Origin: Epiperipatus broadwayi
Taxonomy: Eukaryota > Animalia > Onychophora
Length of the DNA stretch: 64,000 nucleotides
Direction of reading: 5' to 3'
NCBI GenBank assembly: GCA_028023455.1
Contig: JAQFVV010000006.1
Span: 13,578,001 to 13,642,000, forward strand
The position numbers were made by a program, and so were the translations under genes. Below the pieces are notes generated by a model. It had not been told where the DNA came from. It worked only from the letters and a program-made list of their open reading frames with translations, and searched no databases. Shown one piece after another: positions 40,680 through 53,675 of this stretch. The first letter of the stretch is position 1. Every line of letters begins with the position of its first letter.

Positions 40680-41020
40680 TAAAATATGCTTTATGTTAAC
40701 ATATGGTTATAGACATATTGTAATAAAATTCATATTTTAGAAGTTATAAGCTTTTAGTAATCTGAAATTATAAGGTTACTTTGATCAATTTTATGTTTTT
40801 TCAACACGTGGTTATAGGCATATTGTAATGAAATTTGTATTTTAGAAGTTATAAGCTTTTAGCATTTCGATATTATAAGCTTGGTTAGATCGCACTTCTG
40901 CATTTTTTGGATGATACTTTGTATCGTTGAAAACATCCCACTTCCTGCATACTTCAGCACTTCACGCCATCATTATTCTAATAAAATTCGTATTTTAGAA
41001 GTTATAAGCTTTTAGTATTT
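40680..41020. repeat. Repeat with internal tattttagaagttataagctttt subunits; inverted copy at ~32075-32420
   Basis: Three subunits (~40735, 40840, 40990); reverse complement seen at 32080-32400. Confidence 0.65.
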
Positions 41021-41569
41021 AGATTGCGCTCATCGCCATTTTGACTTCTAAGGACCGCCCAAAACCACCACTGACTCATCCAAGTGACTATGTGTGGATT
41101 ATTTGATGTCATTTATCACTTGGATGTGTCAGCTGTGATTTTGGATGGGCCTTAGAATTTAAAATTGCAGTGAGCGCAGTCAAAATCAGCATCTAAATTT
41201 GTCATTTTTATATGCCTTACCTTTCTTATATATTCTTTTTATATTTTTCCTTCCACATAATTTATTAATTAATTTACTAAAATAATCATTTATCTTATTA
41301 CTTCATTTTTTATTATATCAATTTCTTCTATCTTATTGCTATATTTATTCTATTATTAGTAATATTTAATTTATATCTGAATACCAATTACTTAAACCAT
41401 AAAACGTTTTTTTCTAAAAATACTCATTTTAATATTTATTTTATTGCTTTTTTTAATTGTAACGAGCATATAGGCAGTCATATTATTTATTTCCTTTTCC
41501 ATAGTAAATTAGAAAATGTTAGATCTCATTAAGAAAGATTAATTAAAGAAAGTTGATATAGAAGAATGA

Positions 41570-41720
41570 GGAAACCATTATTAATTTTTATTAGTCATTC
41601 ATTATGCCAGATATTATTCACTTATTCTGTAGCATAATTTTTACTACACCACTCCTAAGCAAAGTTTTTATCCCCGTTTAACATCTTGTGGAGGGGTGTA
41701 ATCATAAACATGTGACCAAA
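41570..41720 (+). repeat. Interspersed repeat D (also ~27660-27840; partial 41915-41965; inverted ~42130-42200)
   Basis: taatttttattagtcattcat...gaggggtgtaatcataaacat.tgacc shared. Confidence 0.7.
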
Positions 41721-42467
41721 CACATCTGAAAAAGATCTCCAAGATGTATACTTCGTGCTGAACCAGCGATCATCAGCTGATCCAAATCACATTCTCTTGC
41801 ACATATCTTTATCATTGTTCAGTATATACGGACAGGAAATTACTACAGTTTAATCGATAAGTGTCAAACTTAGTGCCCTCACAACTTTGGCACAAACCAA
41901 TTGATGGAAGTATATTAATAATTTTTATTAGTCATTCATATAGATTAGATATCCACTTAACGAATATTTCTGTAGTCTGAAAAAACCAGTTTTGTATAGA
42001 ATTAATCTTAGGAATTTGATGTAATTGTAATTACTGAACAATGTTTTTTATAAAAAAATAAAATGAAAAATTAAGATGTAAAAGAATAAAGACAAATGTA
42101 AAAGCAGGAATATTTCTGTGGTGTAGTTTTCACTACAATATAGAAGTATTATTCATTAAGTGGATAATCTCTAATCTAATAAATGACTAATAAAAATTAT
42201 TAAGCAAGAAGTATAAAAAAGAATAATTATAATTTATGTAAAAATATTTTGTTGTTTTTGTAAAAAACTTTGTAGATTCTTTGTGAACATATATTTGTGC
42301 AAATATATATTATAAGAATAATCTTTAACAATGCTCATAAAATATAGCTGGAATGGAAGAAAATTGAAATAAAAAATAGCTCTTAAAATAAAAAAAGATT
42401 TGAAAATAAAAAGTTAGTTTTTTATATGTTTTAAATTAATGGGCCATATTTGGAAAATGTTAAAATA

Positions 42468-43427
42468 CATCTGGGTCTCATTTTATGCGGTAAAAGGTTC
42501 CACAGAAAACCCGCATTAAAAAAAACCGCACAAAAATAGACCTAATTTACCTTGAAAAATGGGGGATAGGATCTATAATTTTCAGAATTTGCATAAAAGC
42601 AAAGCACCCAGGAAAAATTACTTTAAAATTCGCATTAAAAAAAATAAACAAATAAAGTATGACTAATAAAAAATTTCAAATATTTGAAAAAAATTAATAC
42701 AAGATAAACTTTTTTTACATTTTTTATTAACTACAGTATTTAATTTTACATTTTTCATACATATTTTAATCATTACCGCTAGCATTCGTTTGTAAACTTG
42801 TAAGAAATCAGATTCGATGTGATGTATTGTAGCTTCTCCTTAAACGAAGTCAAAAATCTCTCGGCAATTATGCCCAGAGAAACCTGTTAGCCACTTTATT
42901 TTTATTCATGATGTGATATACAACTAGCGCCACTTTCAGTCTTATGCTGTGTTAATGGTTTTCTGTTTCTATATTAAAAAAATGAAATCGCAATCAAAAT
43001 AAAAAGATTATACATTATCATTAGAAAGATTATTTTCAGTTTATAAAATCGTTTTTTATTTTAAAAATCTAAAAGATTATTTATTTCTGTTTTATATAAC
43101 AAAGTACGTTTTAAAAGTTTAAATTTTTTGAATATTTATTGCCATATTTTTATATGTAAGTATAAATCTATTATTATTTACTCATTAGTATAAGTAGGTT
43201 ATTTACATAGAAGCTAAGTTTCTAAATACAACTTCAGGCCATATTCACATTAGCTGCTAATGTTATATTTTTGAAAAAAAAAAAAAAAAAGTATTTGAAG
43301 TCAAAATAAGTTTAAATTTCTTGATATCTAATAAATATAGTGAAATATGAAAGATATTAAAAAGAAACATGAATCGCATAACTTCAAAATCGCATTAAAA
43401 TAATCCGCATAAAACGAGACCCAGGTG
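42468..43427 (+). mobile_element. 960-bp non-autonomous DNA transposon (Tc1/mariner/pogo-type MITE) in PAXX intron
   Basis: TA|catctgggtctcattttatgcgg ... ccgcataaaacgagacccaggtg|TA: TIRs with TA target duplication; no transposase ORF. Confidence 0.9.
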
Positions 43428-43688
43428 TACTTATTAATAGCAGAATAATTAAAGAAATATTGATTTTATTAAATTTACTGTTGATGCATCCTAAATTTAA
43501 ACCCATTGTGGGTTTAAATTTGATAAACTTATTGCAGCATATTATCAGCGATTAGCTGCCGAACCTTCTGGTTTCATTTATCTTATATAAATTAATTTCA
43601 CTTTTTGATTTTATACATTTATAAGAACTTAATTATAATTTTATTGATTAATAAATGTCAACTTTCGTAATATTTTATATTGTTTCAG

Positions 43689-44058
43689 ACAAGGTTTTAA
43701 TCAGAGTCAGATTACGGTCTCTAGTTCCAGACCAAAAAGAATTCTTAATATTTGCAACGACGTTCTTAAATTCGAACTGTATGAAGTCAGTAATGCATCG
43801 AAGAAGACCGAACTCCAAGCTCTTATTTTTAGGTTGGCTAACCAAATCACGGAATTATCGAATAATTTATTTAATTGCAAAGAACAGCTGGACAAATGTC
43901 AGCAAAGTTTTAATGAATCTCCCACTTCCGCACCTGTAATAATCAACCCTGAGACGAGAAAGAACAAAGTTTACATGAAAAGGAAAAAAGGCATGAGTAT
44001 GATCAATCCTGCAAGTCGGAGAATAAAGCCGGGTCAAGGAGTCGACTTCCAAGAATAA
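43689..44058 (+). CDS. PAXX: PAXX coding exon 2: coiled coil and C-terminal Ku-binding motif (...SMINPASRRIKPGQGVDFQE*)
   Basis: Acceptor tgtttcag at 43688; LKFELYEV...ELQALIFRLANQITEL resembles LAFDLSKV...RLRALTLGLAKRVWSL; tail matches human SLINPGFKSKKPAGGVDFDET; spliced CDS 603 nt = 200 aa (human 204). Confidence 0.92.
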
Positions 44059-44589
44059 AACATTCGTTTTAAATATGTAAAAAAAAAAAAGTATTTTTAA
44101 ATGCAGTTAAATCATTTTTAATTTTTCACAATATAGCACCCTTATTAAAAAGTGCATTTTATTTTAAATTAATAAATAAATGGAACAACCTGTAAATATT
44201 TTTATACGTGAAAATATTATAAAGTGTGAAATAAATAAGATTGTTTTTTATTATATGTATTTTATTTAAACGAAAAAGTTTTTATTTTATTTTCCAATGT
44301 TTAATTTTTTTTGTATTTAAATTAATTGATCAGAATATTAATTCTAACCTACAGTTCATTAAATGACTTAACACGACTTCAACTTACACAATGCTGTTTG
44401 GCAGCATTTTTTTTTTAATTTAAAGATTGTAATCCTGTTGATTTTATACCAATCCTCTCCAAAGAATAGAGGAGACTATAGTTTTTAAAAAACTAAGATA
44501 CTAAACTGGTTTTAGTTCAATATGATTAAATTGAAAATAACAATTTGGGTTGTTAGCTTGATAATAAGACAAAAAAGTAAAAGAAGGCT

Positions 44590-44775
44590 GCTAGAGTAAT
44601 GGAGCATTAGATCAAAAAGGTCCGGGTGTATTGCTCCAAGATCCAAAAGCTCTTCACTAATAAAAGCTGTCAGCTAGAAGTAATCTGGGATATTGGATAG
44701 CACATTGGACTGGGAATTATTAAGCACTATCATCTGACAACTGTTGATTATTAAATCTTGCACTAGGGGGCATAA
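44590..44775 (+). mobile_element. Degenerate family A1 copy
   Basis: ctccaagatccaaaagctcttcactaataaaagctgtcagctagaagtaatctgggatattggat. Confidence 0.65.
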
Positions 44776-46799
44776 GGATGGGAGGAAAAATAAATTCTAA
44801 ATTATTCACAAGTTTTACATAATTGCCTAATTGTGAGAGAGAAAGTGGGTAATTATATTAAGTACTTCCTTTATTTATACTTCTAACATAAAAAACAGTT
44901 ATGAGGACATGAACATTTTGAGATTTTAAAAATCAAGCAAAAGGTTTTGATAAACTGATAAGGGCCTAAATATTTTCCAGTTGATTCCAAATGTGCTTTT
45001 AATAGATGATTTGGTGTGCATATTTGTGAATAGCATATATGATCCAATCAGGCTTAGAATTTTTCATTCAAACAACTAGCTAACTAGAGAGTTTATCTAC
45101 CTGCCATGTTGACAATCTGAATTCAAATTAAACCAAGTAAAATTCTAATCAGGTGTAGAAATTTTTCATTCAGATAAACAAGGAGAATCTTTAGCTGGAA
45201 TGCTTATAACCTGGGTTCAAATTAGGGCCAAGAAAAACTACAAAATTTATATATATTTCAATCAGGATTGAAATTTTTCATTCAGACAATCGTAGTTGAC
45301 CCAACTAATTAGCCAATATCTGTAGATGGGTATTTAGTTATTCTTAATTAGTGAGTAAAAAACAGGTGGGAAAACAATTTGTCATCAAGCACATGCCAAA
45401 CATGCAGAATAATGCTCTTACATGGTACCTCTCAGAATGATGCTTTATACAATCTTATCATCTCATCCAAATCCCACACTTTATGTCAAATCAGACAAAA
45501 AATACTTAGGAATATATATAACAACAAAATGATGTTATGATTATATATTAAATGTTCAAAAATTCTACATCTATGAACAGTGATATAAAAATAAAATAAA
45601 TAATACACTTCATATATTTGTTTACTTGAGTGATGGCGATCAAATTTAAAAATAAGATTTGAAGTGTTAATAAGCTTTCTATTTAACTTGAAATTTCGCT
45701 AAGTTTTTTTTTTTAGATATCATAAACACTAATTCCTCAATAATATCCATTTCAGTGTTTATTCTACAAAACAATAATGATGTCTAAACAGATGTGTTAA
45801 GGAAATCATAATTTAGCTAAAAAGGAAGTATGTATATTAATGCTCTAAACTATATATTTATAAGTTTAAACCGTAATCATTGTGTAAGTGTAATTTGATT
45901 ATATTTAAAAATATACTGTTCAAATGATAAAGGATTATGACATATTTTTCATCATTTAAAATTAAATATTTATAACTTTACCATAAGCACAAAGCGTAAA
46001 TGCCATTTGCTTAACACAAAAATATTATAAATATAGTTTACATTATATATAAATGGAAAAATTTATTCAGTACACAACACACATAAATGTTGTAAAAATA
46101 GAATAGCTTCCAAAAGAAAAAATGGCATCTGGCATACTTTTCAAACCAGGACATTGAGTAAATATTACCGAAACACCACTAAAATAATGATGCTGCAGTG
46201 GCGCCATTACTGCAAATCCTATTAAGCAATAGCCATTATTATGTCGCTATTGGATATAGATTATCTTTTTAAATATTCATTCTTTTCATTGCAAAACATC
46301 ATACTTCCAAGTTCCCTAGCCAATAAAAATGGATCATTTCCACATGTTAAAACAAGCACTTATCACACTTCCTCATATTTATTAAATCTTGATGTATGAT
46401 CAATTATAGGTAAATTACTTAATTAGTAAATAAATAAGCATTTCATTAATTCATTGCAGGGAAATATTACAAGGAGATAGGAAATGTATACCCATTTTCT
46501 ATCCTTAGCTCCCAAGTATAACTTTTTTTTATTTTATTACAAACATTATTGTAACCCATTTTTATGCATAATTCTTTTCACTCTTTATGAGAGGCAAATC
46601 GGGATCTTCAATATGAGGCATATATGTATACCACTAGCCACTTCCTATCCTTATCTATGGCTTGCAATTGACCAGAAGTGTTAGCTATGATAGACAATGG
46701 AATGAAATTAAAGCTGTCCAGAAATTTACAATTTGCTAAGATTAATGTTTGAAGTTAGATTAATAAGTAATAATTTTTTCAAAAAAATTACAGTATTGT

Positions 46800-47006
46800 A
46801 TGTAAATATTCTAATATGTGGAGTTATCTTTTTATGATTACTTAATTAGAAAGCACATTGCCTAGAACAGCAACCAAAGAAAGCCAATTAAAGTAAAATT
46901 GCCAGGCTGATTGCAATCAAAAGGCTTTCATTGGCTACTTTTCTAGGTAAAGTGCTTTCTAATTAAGTAATTATAAATGAATAACCACACATTTAATATT
47001 TACATC
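46800..47006. repeat. Imperfect inverted repeat (~90-bp arms)
   Basis: attacttaattagaaagcac...gaaagcc versus ggctttc...gtgctttctaattaagtaat. Confidence 0.75.
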
Positions 47007-47720
47007 TAAATATCCATTAAAATATTTTACAGTATTATATATATAGCTAACTAATCAGATGTCACTTCAATTTTCTGTCATTGCTATCACATAGGGTTTA
47101 TTTAAAATCACAAGACAAAAGTAGAAAGTGGATTACAATTTTCTATCTATTTGTACGGTTGCCTTGACAACAGATTGCAAAAACATTTACTGGTTTAATC
47201 TTAAGCATGGAATTGTGAAGTAATTCTCAAATTTTATTATACGAGAAACTTGCCAGATTATAGAAAATAGTTTATTGTTAGAATAATGGGTACAAACTGA
47301 TAATGACTTCTATGGTGAATCATGTTTCTCATTTGTCTAGGTGGTAAACAGTATATAATAAAAATTCAAATTTTTTATTATACTGTTATTTAAGATGCCC
47401 TGTACATTTTATCGTCAATTGTCATTACAAATACGTGTGGGCAAATGGATATAATTTTAATACATATCATGTGAATCTAGCTTACATGTTGTTTTAGCAG
47501 CATTTTTCTTTCACTGCCTATAGTTATTAAATACTAAGGATACCATAATATATAGAAACTAAACTGGTTTCAATTCTATATGACTATACTGACAAGTTGG
47601 CTAAGATTGATGTTTTTTCAGTTTGGGCTGATAACTTGATAATATAACAGAAGATTAAATGATGAATTGCTAGAATCCAAAATGCAATAGATCCTAAAGG
47701 TGCACTTCTAAAATGCAAGC

Positions 47721-47762
47721 TCCTCGCTGATGAAAGCCATAAGCCTGAAAGTACTCTTGGGA
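47721..47762 (+). ncRNA. Minimal type I HHR in a family A copy (~47660-47850), near intact
   Basis: tcctcg CTGATGA aagc cataa gcct GAAA gtac TC ttggga; palindromic AGTACT, UC site, one stem II mismatch. Confidence 0.7.
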
Positions 47763-49132
47763 TATTGGATAGAACAACATAGGATAGGGATTTATTAAGC
47801 ACTATCGACCGGTGTCGTATTATTTATTAAAGCTTACAGTAAATGCACAGAGGCATCGTTTTGTCTTTTAGATAATTTTTACTAACTTCTTTTGAACAAA
47901 AAGTCTAAAAATTATTTAGTTTCTAGTTGCAATACATTCGTTAAAAAAAAAATACAACGGTTTGTCACTTGAGAGGTAATAAAAAATTGAACATCAGAAG
48001 TGACGAAATTGAATACGATTCAAGGGCTTTAAACTCTGGAATCTGTCACTCTACAATTGAATTAAACTACTTGGCGTAATATATTCATTTATAAATACTT
48101 TTTAAAAATACAACGATAGAATTTTTTTTAATCGTATTTTTATTTTTGTTTTGCTTAAACTGAAATGTTCTATAGGTGTATTTACAAACAGTATTTTATA
48201 TGTGATTGTATTTTAAAACATATTTATAAAAAAAATCTTGACAAAAATTTTTTTTACATGTATTATCAACTCCATAGCTTTCATTATCCATATATTCACA
48301 TCATTCATGGAGGGCCTTGGAATTAAATACTATGCTAGTGACAGATAGTTCAACACCTGGGAAGCACTAAAGAAAATTTTTTTAAAAAAAGATTTAAACA
48401 TGTTTGGTAAAAAAATTTATTTCCAAAATATAAATTTATACAAAATCCGTAAAATTATGCATAAAAATTCAAATATAAAAATTGTCAATGCACTTTGGTA
48501 ATTTGTAAAGTATATTTTATAAAATATAATTTATATAAACTGCAACCACTGTTTAAATATGCCGATTTGAAATAATAGCATTTTCAAGTGCAGAAAACTA
48601 ATACTTGGGACAATCAAACAAAATTAACAATACCCAGTTTATATGAAACAAACTGCAGGATTATTGGTACATTTTAAAATCTGAAGTGTTATAAAAGCAA
48701 CTGACTTAGAAAATTGTTATTAAATAATAGCTAAATTTTTTTTAAAAAAATTCATACCCATGCTGAATTAAAGCTTAGGGATAGGTATCTTCAAAATAAT
48801 GAGCAAAAGAGCACGAAATTAGCAAAATACAAAATTAGAGCGACAAATTTTCAAGAAAATATAAATCGCAAAATTTTAATGAGTGATTTATTACTTAATT
48901 ACATGACTTGTAAACATAAAAGATTTACATTTTTTATAATGTTTTGATATTATAGTTGATAAAAAAATTTTTTTTTTGGAAAAAAATAGAAAAATAAAAG
49001 TTTATATTTAAATACCAGTTTATTAATAATTAAAATGTACACAAACATTTCTTAGGCTTTCTAAAATAACTAACAATTTTGTTTTAAGTACTATTGTTAT
49101 TTTTTTCTAATATTCAATTAACAAACATGATT

Positions 49133-49290
49133 AATAATTCTTTTCATTTATACTTATTCGATGCAAACATTGTTTCTATAAATAATTTTCTTTTCTGATG
49201 AAGACTGTTGGGCAGTCGAAACTTTTAAAGAAAATAAAATTATTTGTAGAAATAATATATTTGCATCGAATAAAGTATAAATGAAAGAAT
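49133..49290 (+). other. ~55-bp-arm hairpin with an HHR core in its loop
   Basis: Arms aattcttttcatttatacttattcgatgcaaa.../...tttgcatcgaataaagtataaatgaaagaatt enclose CTGATGA agactg ttggg cagtc GAAA cttttaaag. Confidence 0.7.
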
Positions 49291-49757
49291 TTATTTAATC
49301 AAAATTTTTTTAACAACCATTTTTTCATAAATAATTGTAAAAAATGAGTTAGATATTAATATTTCACCATAACAACCAGTGCATTATATTACAAGCAGAT
49401 ACTGCAATTTTGGGACGGAATTCCGATGATCAATGTCTTATGATATTGAAATCTAATTCATTTTGCATCTTTTTTTATTAAAATAGGAAAATTAAAAATT
49501 CATTGTGCAAAAAAATAAAAGCACTTTGGTAAAATTTCCAAACAGAACAGTTCATAAATTAACAAAATTGTATTTATAAATTTTTCCTTAACGATCATAA
49601 TTATAAAACAAATAAATTAAACATTTTTACATTTTGATACAGCTTACATTTTTATTGCCTCGGAAATATCAAGGCATGATTTAGTAATTATTAACAATTA
49701 TTTTTCAAAAAAATTCATATTCTTTTACAGTATACTATGTTCTTATTAGAGATCACA

Positions 49758-49841
49758 TTATTCCTTGATTATGGGAGGCTGGTAATCTAGTTCCACCGCT
49801 CGGCACAATGATTGCGCATACAATTCCAAACGCTGAGTCAT
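49758..49841 (-). CDS. UPB1: Beta-ureidopropionase terminal exon: MTQRLELYAQSLCRAVELDYQPPIIKE*
   Basis: Acceptor gattatag; matches the recalled C-terminus [27 protein letters not shown] (human) and MTQR... (Drosophila pyd3). Confidence 0.93.
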   Translation of the reverse strand: MTQRLELYAQSLCRAVELDYQPPIIKE

Positions 49842-51654
49842 CTATAATCATAGAAGAAAAAATAAATATTTATACTATATGTATTTTTTTATTGAATTAA
49901 TTCTATTTATTTATGAATAGTATTAATTTATTTTAAAGCTTTAATATTATAAACATTTTCTGTAAAAAAAAATTTATTTCTAAGATATTTGCGAACTTGT
50001 ACATCTATATAAGAAAAGAGAGCAAAAACTCTAGCTAAGACAAATTAATTGAAAGATTAATGAAGCCGCTCTGATTTGAGTACTATAATGCCTATATATT
50101 AATATTTATATAATTAAGATTAACAATCACTGATGTAAATGATATGCACTGTCGGATATATTTATATTAAATAGTTTTATGAAATATGATGAAAATAAAT
50201 GTGGGGATATTTCCGTGTAAAAATGTTAGCAGTCACGTTGCTATTACTACTGATAGCCTTTAAAGTTAGATTATCTGCTTGCAGCCCACAGTAGCTTTTT
50301 TTGTCGAGTTTACTTAGAAAGAAAAGGAGGTCCCTCTTTTATGTCTAACCCAAGATCTTATATGGATTTAAACGCAAACATTTTTATACATATGAGGACT
50401 TAGAAGAATCTCATCTCATACTTATAAAAATATACGTCTAGGTTTAAATTCATTTAATACCTTGGGTTAGAAATAAATGATGTTTGTTCCTTAGAAAAGC
50501 CAAGATTAAAAAGCTGTTGCAGATTACGACTTAAAGGCCATCAACAGCAATTAAGTCACCTAGAAACATCACAATTAACATATTTCTCTGGCTGTTGAAT
50601 GGAAATAGCCTCACTCATTCTTTTTGCTTACAAATACACAAACACTCGGTATGTATACAGATTATTTTTATAATTTTAATTATAAATAAAATTTGAAGAT
50701 TTAGATTTAACAAATAAATTTATAGACAACAAACCTCAAGTTTTTATGTGACACATGAAATTTCCAAACATTTAATGTGAACACCATTAGTTAAATAATC
50801 AAATGGTATTCCAATCCTTGGCCTTGGAAAGTGCAGGAGAGTACCTCAACTTCAACTGCAATTCTTTGCTGCTATGTGGTTTTCTAGTCTTCCATTGAAC
50901 GTGCATATTAACATCATACTGCACATTCTTCAGATTTACAATGATCAGGAGAAAAACGCAAGGAATTGTGGTAATCATAACATATCCCAAATGCATTGTA
51001 TAGAAAAAACTTTTGTGTTTCTCTTTAAAATGAGACATGACCAGAATTTCTTCAACATTAAATTTAATTTTTATTTTAGGTCAAATATTGTGAAACTAAT
51101 TCGTGTACGTGCCATGGAAGTTCATTTGAAATTTTAGAATAACTAATTAGAACAATCCTTTCACTCTAGAATCTATAAGTTTTACTCAATTTACTTTATA
51201 ATATCAAAATGGATATTTATTACTAGTCAATCAATTTAGAAAGTTTAAAAAAAAAAAAATGCAAATGAATACCCGAGGCATTTCAACATGCACCCCAAAA
51301 AAATAAATTTAATAAGCCTCTCTGAAAATGTCGTTCAGAAATTGATAATTCACAATCTGCATATATATATATCTTCTGTTATTCCTACTTAAGATCCAGC
51401 TGAGCAGTGTCGAGCTAAAAAGCAAATCACTTCTCTAACTAATGTGCATCATGTGGAATGTAAACATGAAAATCCTCTTCACCTTGTTGAAGAAAATTTG
51501 TGGCAAATTATCGTAATGTGCATATCTGGATTTTCAACAACCCTTAAAAGTAAATCGTTTTATTTTAAATAATTTATTATTGAATTGAGAAAAAAAGTAA
51601 AATTATATTCTGAAAAACAGTCATTTCTTTCTTTTTTAAATGTGAAACCAAGAA

Positions 51655-51890
51655 AATAAGCCTGTCCATTAAAATATGAAGATTGGCTATCTTAATATAA
51701 AGCTGAGCACTGATTGTGTATACGTGTGGAGATAGTAATCTGGACCAACTGATGATTGCTGGTTTGGCATGAAATACGTATATTGGTGATTATTTACCTT
51801 TTCAACATGTGGATCAGCAATACGAGATAATATAGAGGGTTGAGAGTCGTGTGAAAGTCTGAGTTCGAATCCCTTATATATTACATTATA
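51655..51890 (+). mobile_element. Family B copy (HHR 51745-51786 with perfect ATACGTAT palindrome; B box GTTCGAATCCC 51863-51873)
   Basis: Direct similarity to 35310-35540. Confidence 0.85.
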
Positions 51891-52024
51891 TATGTGCATG
51901 TGTGTGTAAGGCTGTACAGTGTATTAAATTGAAATTGATTTTGCAGATAAAACTAATTGAATTTTTACTTGTAAATTGTATTTTTAAACCGAATTATTTT
52001 CAGAATTCCTAAACAGAGGGAGTA

Positions 52025-52585
52025 CATCACCCCCTCCCCTATGACTTAAAGCACTCTAAATGTTGAACAAAGGATCAAGAATATAATGAATCCATCTATT
52101 CTTGGTAGCGCTGATGTTTATAAGCATGTCTTTATCAACATTATTGGTAATTCAGAGTGAAATGAATTTATCAACCAGATGGAATATGGTACTTGAAAGT
52201 TATTTAGCTCATAATTAATTATACAAGGCTGGAGATAGCATCTCACCTTTAACACCTTGATTGTAATTATTAAACAAGATTTAATATCTAAATTTTAAAT
52301 TAAACATAGCTCAAAGTATATAATAAACAAAGGGAATAAATCACTTCCCCAGGCTATGACCCAAAAGCATTCTAAATGTTGAACAAAGAATAGAATGAAT
52401 CTACCTATTCTTGATAGCTCTGGTGTTTATAATCATACCTTTGTCAACATTGTTGATGGTGTCACAGCGCCATCTGACGGTGGCAGTACGGTCCCTCCTC
52501 AACTACCATAATTAATTATACAAAGTTGGAGATGGCATCTAACTTTTAACACCTTGGTTGTAATAATTAAACAAGATTAAATATG
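52025..52585 (+). repeat. Diverged tandem duplication, period ~320 bp
   Basis: ctatgac..aaagca.tctaaatgttgaacaaag and cataattaattatacaa.g.tggagat.gcatct each occur twice. Confidence 0.75.
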
Positions 52586-53051
52586 TGATACACATTTTTC
52601 TTTTTTATAAACTAGCATAATTTACAATCTGTACATGGTTAAAGTAAAAACCCAATGCATAATAGTTCCCTGGATCAATTCTCAGAAGAAAATAAGGGAA
52701 AAATCTTTTTGGCAATTGGGTGATTATTATGCTCAGCCCATCACTTTGATACATAAACTTATTTGATCTTCCAAACGACTGACCATGCAATTTTATTTTT
52801 AATATAGTTTTACAATTCTATAATATCGGTTTGTAAAAATTATAAAGGCACAGGGTTCATTTACGGAACACCCAAATATTTATTTCTTACTTCCTTCTCA
52901 TATAGCATGCAGTTATAACAGTGCATGTGTTTGTGAAAATAAGCCTTATAAAGATAAGAGTATCCAAAAATTAACATTTGTTAAAAAGTTTAAATCCCGA
53001 GTTTGATATTAGTGAATATGAAAGTATGAAGTACTAGAAAAAAATTCTTAC

Positions 53052-53138
53052 CCTAAATCCCCACTTATCTTTGGTTTGTCGTACTAAATTAAGATCCACT
53101 TCGGAAATCAAAAGACCATCTCTTGTCCGAGATAAACC
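53052..53138 (-). CDS. UPB1: Beta-ureidopropionase exon: [29 protein letters not shown]
   Basis: Acceptor cttttag, donor GTAAGA, phase 0/0; matches [29 protein letters not shown]. Confidence 0.96.
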
Positions 53139-53635
53139 CTAAAAGAAAAAGGAAACATTATTTAAATTAAGTCACATGACTAATTGCTTGTTTTTGCATA
53201 TATCTAATGTTAAGTTATAATGTTTAAGCTGTCAGATTGTTAATAACATGTTTCGTAAGGATGTCTGATATTCGGTAACAAATTGCATATCATAAACTTC
53301 TAATTCACTACTGTCTTAGTTAGGAAAACAATTTCTAGATTGGAATTAAAAATAAAGAATATAAATTTGTAATGTTTTTAATTTTCCATATTTCATAACA
53401 TACTAGCAATCTCCAATTGTTTTGAAAGCGACCTCTGCAATTTTAATTTAAATAATGTAATATATATAACATTAAATAAAATAATGAGTGTGCTAATAGG
53501 TCTAACCAAGCTTTATCAATAAATGCTGCACAAGAGAAAGCATGTTAAAATCTCTATAGATATAATAAACACCTCCATACTTCCCATTCTTTTTAAATTC
53601 ATATAAATAAAGATATAATAAAAGACAAATGATCC

Positions 53636-53675
53636 CCAAGATGCATTTCGTGCTGAACTAGCACTCATCAGTTGG
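53636..53675 (-). ncRNA. Minimal type I HHR (family B variant), core intact, sense to UPB1 pre-mRNA
   Basis: gtgacct ggg ccaa CTGATGA gtgct agttc agcac GAAA tgca TC ttgg ggatcat: bulged stem I, 5-bp stem II, palindromic ATGCAT, UC site. Confidence 0.8.

Noticed and set aside
45050-45290. Spaced aatcagg..aatttttcattca repeats as a CRISPR-like array
   Set aside because: Only three diverged copies with ~105-bp period in eukaryotic DNA, no cas genes; ordinary tandem repeat.
50236-51038. - strand ORF pieces as extra UPB1 exons
   Set aside because: UPB1 exons 53052-53138 and 49758-49841 are contiguous in the protein alignment; donors are weak and peptides unrelated.
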